This document shows positions 61,257 through 64,000 of a DNA stretch of 64,000 nt, one piece after another. Source of the stretch: Obrimoposthia wandeli. Taxonomy: Eukaryota. Below the pieces are notes generated by a model that ran no database searches, was not told where the DNA came from, and was given only the letters and a program-made list of their open reading frames with translations. The position numbers were made by a program, and so were the translations under genes. The stretch spans positions 124,001 to 188,000 of the forward strand of contig CDROCS010005173.1 in NCBI GenBank assembly GCA_977020255.1, given 5' to 3'. How positions within the stretch are numbered: position 1 is the stretch's first letter; every line of letters begins with the position of its first letter.

Positions 61257-64000
61257 CAACTCTTCATCTCCACACAAATATATTTGCCTCGTGTTTGCAG
61301 CGTCTTCCATACAACTATGAGCACCCCCTCACTCTTCATCGACCCTGTCTAAGACAACAGACCCGCATCCAGACAGAAATCTAGTATCAACTCTTCATCT
61401 CAACACAAATATATTGGTCTCGTGTTTGCAGCGTCTTCCATACAACTATGAGCACCCCCTCACTCTTCATCGACCCTATCTAAGACAACAGACCCGCATC
61501 CAGACAGAACTCTAGTATCAACTCTTCATCTCAACACAAATATATTGGTCTCGTGTTTGCAGCGTCTTCCATACATCTCTGCGCTCTCCTCCTTCTTCAT
61601 CGACCCTGTCTAAGACAACAGACCCGCATCCAGACAGAACTCTAGTATCAACTCTTCATCTCCACACAAATATATTTGCCTCGTGTTTGCAGCGTCTTCC
61701 ATACAACTATGAGCACCCCCTCACTCTTCATCGACCCTGTCTAAGACAACAGACCCGCATCCAGACAGAACTCTAGTATCAACTCTTCTCCACCACAAAT
61801 ATATTTGCCTCGTGTTTGCACCTTCCATACAACTATGAGCTCCACTCTTCTCTTCATCGACTCTACAATAAATATAAGACAACAGACCCGCAATCCAGAC
61901 AGAACTCTAGTATCAACTCTTCATCTCAACACAAATATATTGGTCTCGTGTTTGCAGCGTCTTCCATACAACTATGAGCTTCTCACTCTTCATCGACCCT
62001 GTCTAAGACAACAGACCCGCATCCAGACAGAACTCTAGTATCAACTCTTTCATCTCCACACAAATATGGTCCTCTGTGTTTGCAAATACAACTATGAGCT
62101 ACTCTTCTTCCATCAGACCTATTCTACAACAGACCTGCAATCCAGACAGAACTTAGCCTCTTCATCTCAACACAAATATATTGGTCTCAGGTTGCATGTC
62201 TTCCATACAACTATGAGCACCTCACTTTCATCGACCCTTGCCTGAGACAAATAGACCCGCATCCAGACAGAACTCTAGCATCAACTCTTCTGTCTCCACA
62301 CACAAATATATTAGTCTCTGTGTTTGCAGCGTCTTCCATACAACTATGAGCTCACTCTTCTTCATCGACCCTGTCTAAGACAACAGACCATCCAGACAGA
62401 ACTCTAGTATCAACTCTTCATCTCCACACAAATATATTAGTCTCTGTGTTTGCAGCGTCTTCCATACAACTATGAGCACCCCCTCACTTCATCGACCCTG
62501 TTCAAGACAACAGACCGGCATCCATCAGACTTTATATCAACTCTTCATCTCCACACAAATATATTTGCATCGTGTTTGGCAGTCTTCCATAACTATGAGC
62601 TCTCACTCTTCTTTCATCGACCTGTCTAAGACAACAGACCCGCATCCAGACAGAACTCTATCAACTCTTTTCATCTTCAACACAAATATGTTGGTCTCGT
62701 GTTTGTAGCAAGTCTTCCATACAACTATGAGCTTCTCACTCTTTTCTTCATCGACCCTGTCTAAGACAACAGACCAAGTATCCAGACAGAACTCTAGTAT
62801 CAACTCTTCTCATCTCCACACAAAATATATTATAGTCTCTGTGTTTGCAGCGTCTTCCATACAACCATGAGCACCCCCTCACTCTTCACATCGAGACCCT
62901 GTCAAGACAACAGACCCAGCATCCAGACAGAACTTAGTATCAACTCTTCATCTCACAAATATATTAGTCTCGTGTTTGCAGCGTCTTCCATACAACCATG
63001 AGCTCACTCTTCTTCATCGACCCTGTCTAAGACAACAGACCCGCATCCAGACAGAACTCCTCAGTATCAACTCTTCATCTCCACAAATATATTGTCTCGT
63101 GTTTGCAGCTGTCTTCCATACAACTATGAGCTCTCACTTTCTTTCATCGACCCTGTCTACACAACAGACCCGCATCCAGACAGAACTCTAGTATCAACTC
63201 TTCATCTCAACACAAATATATTGGTCTCGTGTTTGCAGCGTCTTCCATACAACCAGAGCACCTCACCATCGACCCTGTCTGAGACAACAGACCCGCATCC
63301 AGACAGAACTCTAGTATCAACTCTTCATCTCCACACAAATATATTGGTCTCGTGTTTGCAGCGTCTTCCATACAACTATGAGCTCTCACTCTTCTTCATC
63401 GACCCTGTCTAAGACAACAGACCCGCATCCAGACAGAACCTAGTATCAACTTTCATCTCCACACAAATATATTAGTCTCGTGTTTGCAGCGTCTTCCATA
63501 CAACTATGAGCACCCCCTCACTCTTCATCGACCCTGTCTAAGACAACAGACCCGCATCCAGACAGAACTCTAGTATCAACTCTTCATCTCCACACAAATA
63601 TATTTGCATCGTGTTTGCAGCGTCTTCCATACAACTATGAGCTCTCACTCTTCTTCATCGAGAATCTCATGATAACAGACCCGCATCCAGACAGAACTCT
63701 AGTATCAACTTCTTCATCTCAACACAAATATATTGGTCTCGTGTTTGCTGTCTTCATACAACTATGAGCTCACTCTTCATCGACCCTTGTCTAAGACAAC
63801 AGACCCGCATCCAGACAGAATCCTAGCATCAACTCTTCATTCCACACAAATATATTAGTCTCGTGTTTGCAGCGTCTTCCATACAACTATGAGCACCGCA
63901 TCGACCCTGTCTAAGACAACAGACCCGCATCCAGACAACAGAACTAGTATCAACTTTCATTCACAAATATATTTGCATCGTGTTTGCAGCGTCTTCCATA
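61257..64000. repeat. 131-bp satellite array (about 21 copies, continues past the window end)
   Basis: CAACTCTTCATCTC...CAGACAGAACTCTAGTAT units start at 61257, 61388, 61519 and 61649; no unique spacers. Confidence 0.95.

Noticed and set aside
61257-64000. Regular repeats as a CRISPR array
   Set aside because: Units are contiguous 131-bp monomers with no unique spacers, there are no cas genes, and the context is eukaryotic.

Overview
AT-rich animal (metazoan) genomic DNA; the species cannot be identified from the sequence. Two spliced host genes are recognisable: the 3' part of a BCR/ABR-type PH-C2-RhoGAP gene (+, 2457-16375) and the 3' part of a POGZ/ZNF280-type zinc-finger gene (-, 43322-47029). 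The window is dominated by one Polinton/Maverick family present in three forms. (1) A ~15-kb copy (~26100-41326) with protein-primed PolB, adenain-type protease, major and minor capsid proteins, chromodomain integrase and packaging ATPase; its right TIR is present, its left TIR was not found, and it carries several lesions. (2) A 6.4-kb internally deleted copy (52471-58913) whose left end interrupts the LTR of a decayed Ty3/gypsy element. (3) A 182-bp TIR-only mini-element with a perfect 6-bp TSD (3727-3908). The most unusual signal is that the Polinton carries an intron-containing, two-repeat TBP-fold gene, present in both long copies, plus other candidate transcription-regulatory proteins, a spliced N-terminal extension on pPolB, and an overprinted MGxxxS ORF at the integrase 5' end. 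Also present: LINE and Tc1 remnants, a 5.9-kb foldback-like inverted-repeat structure, an RFX X-box-like cluster, minisatellites and a 131-bp satellite array running off the right end. All homology calls are by motif recognition from memory; no searches were run.
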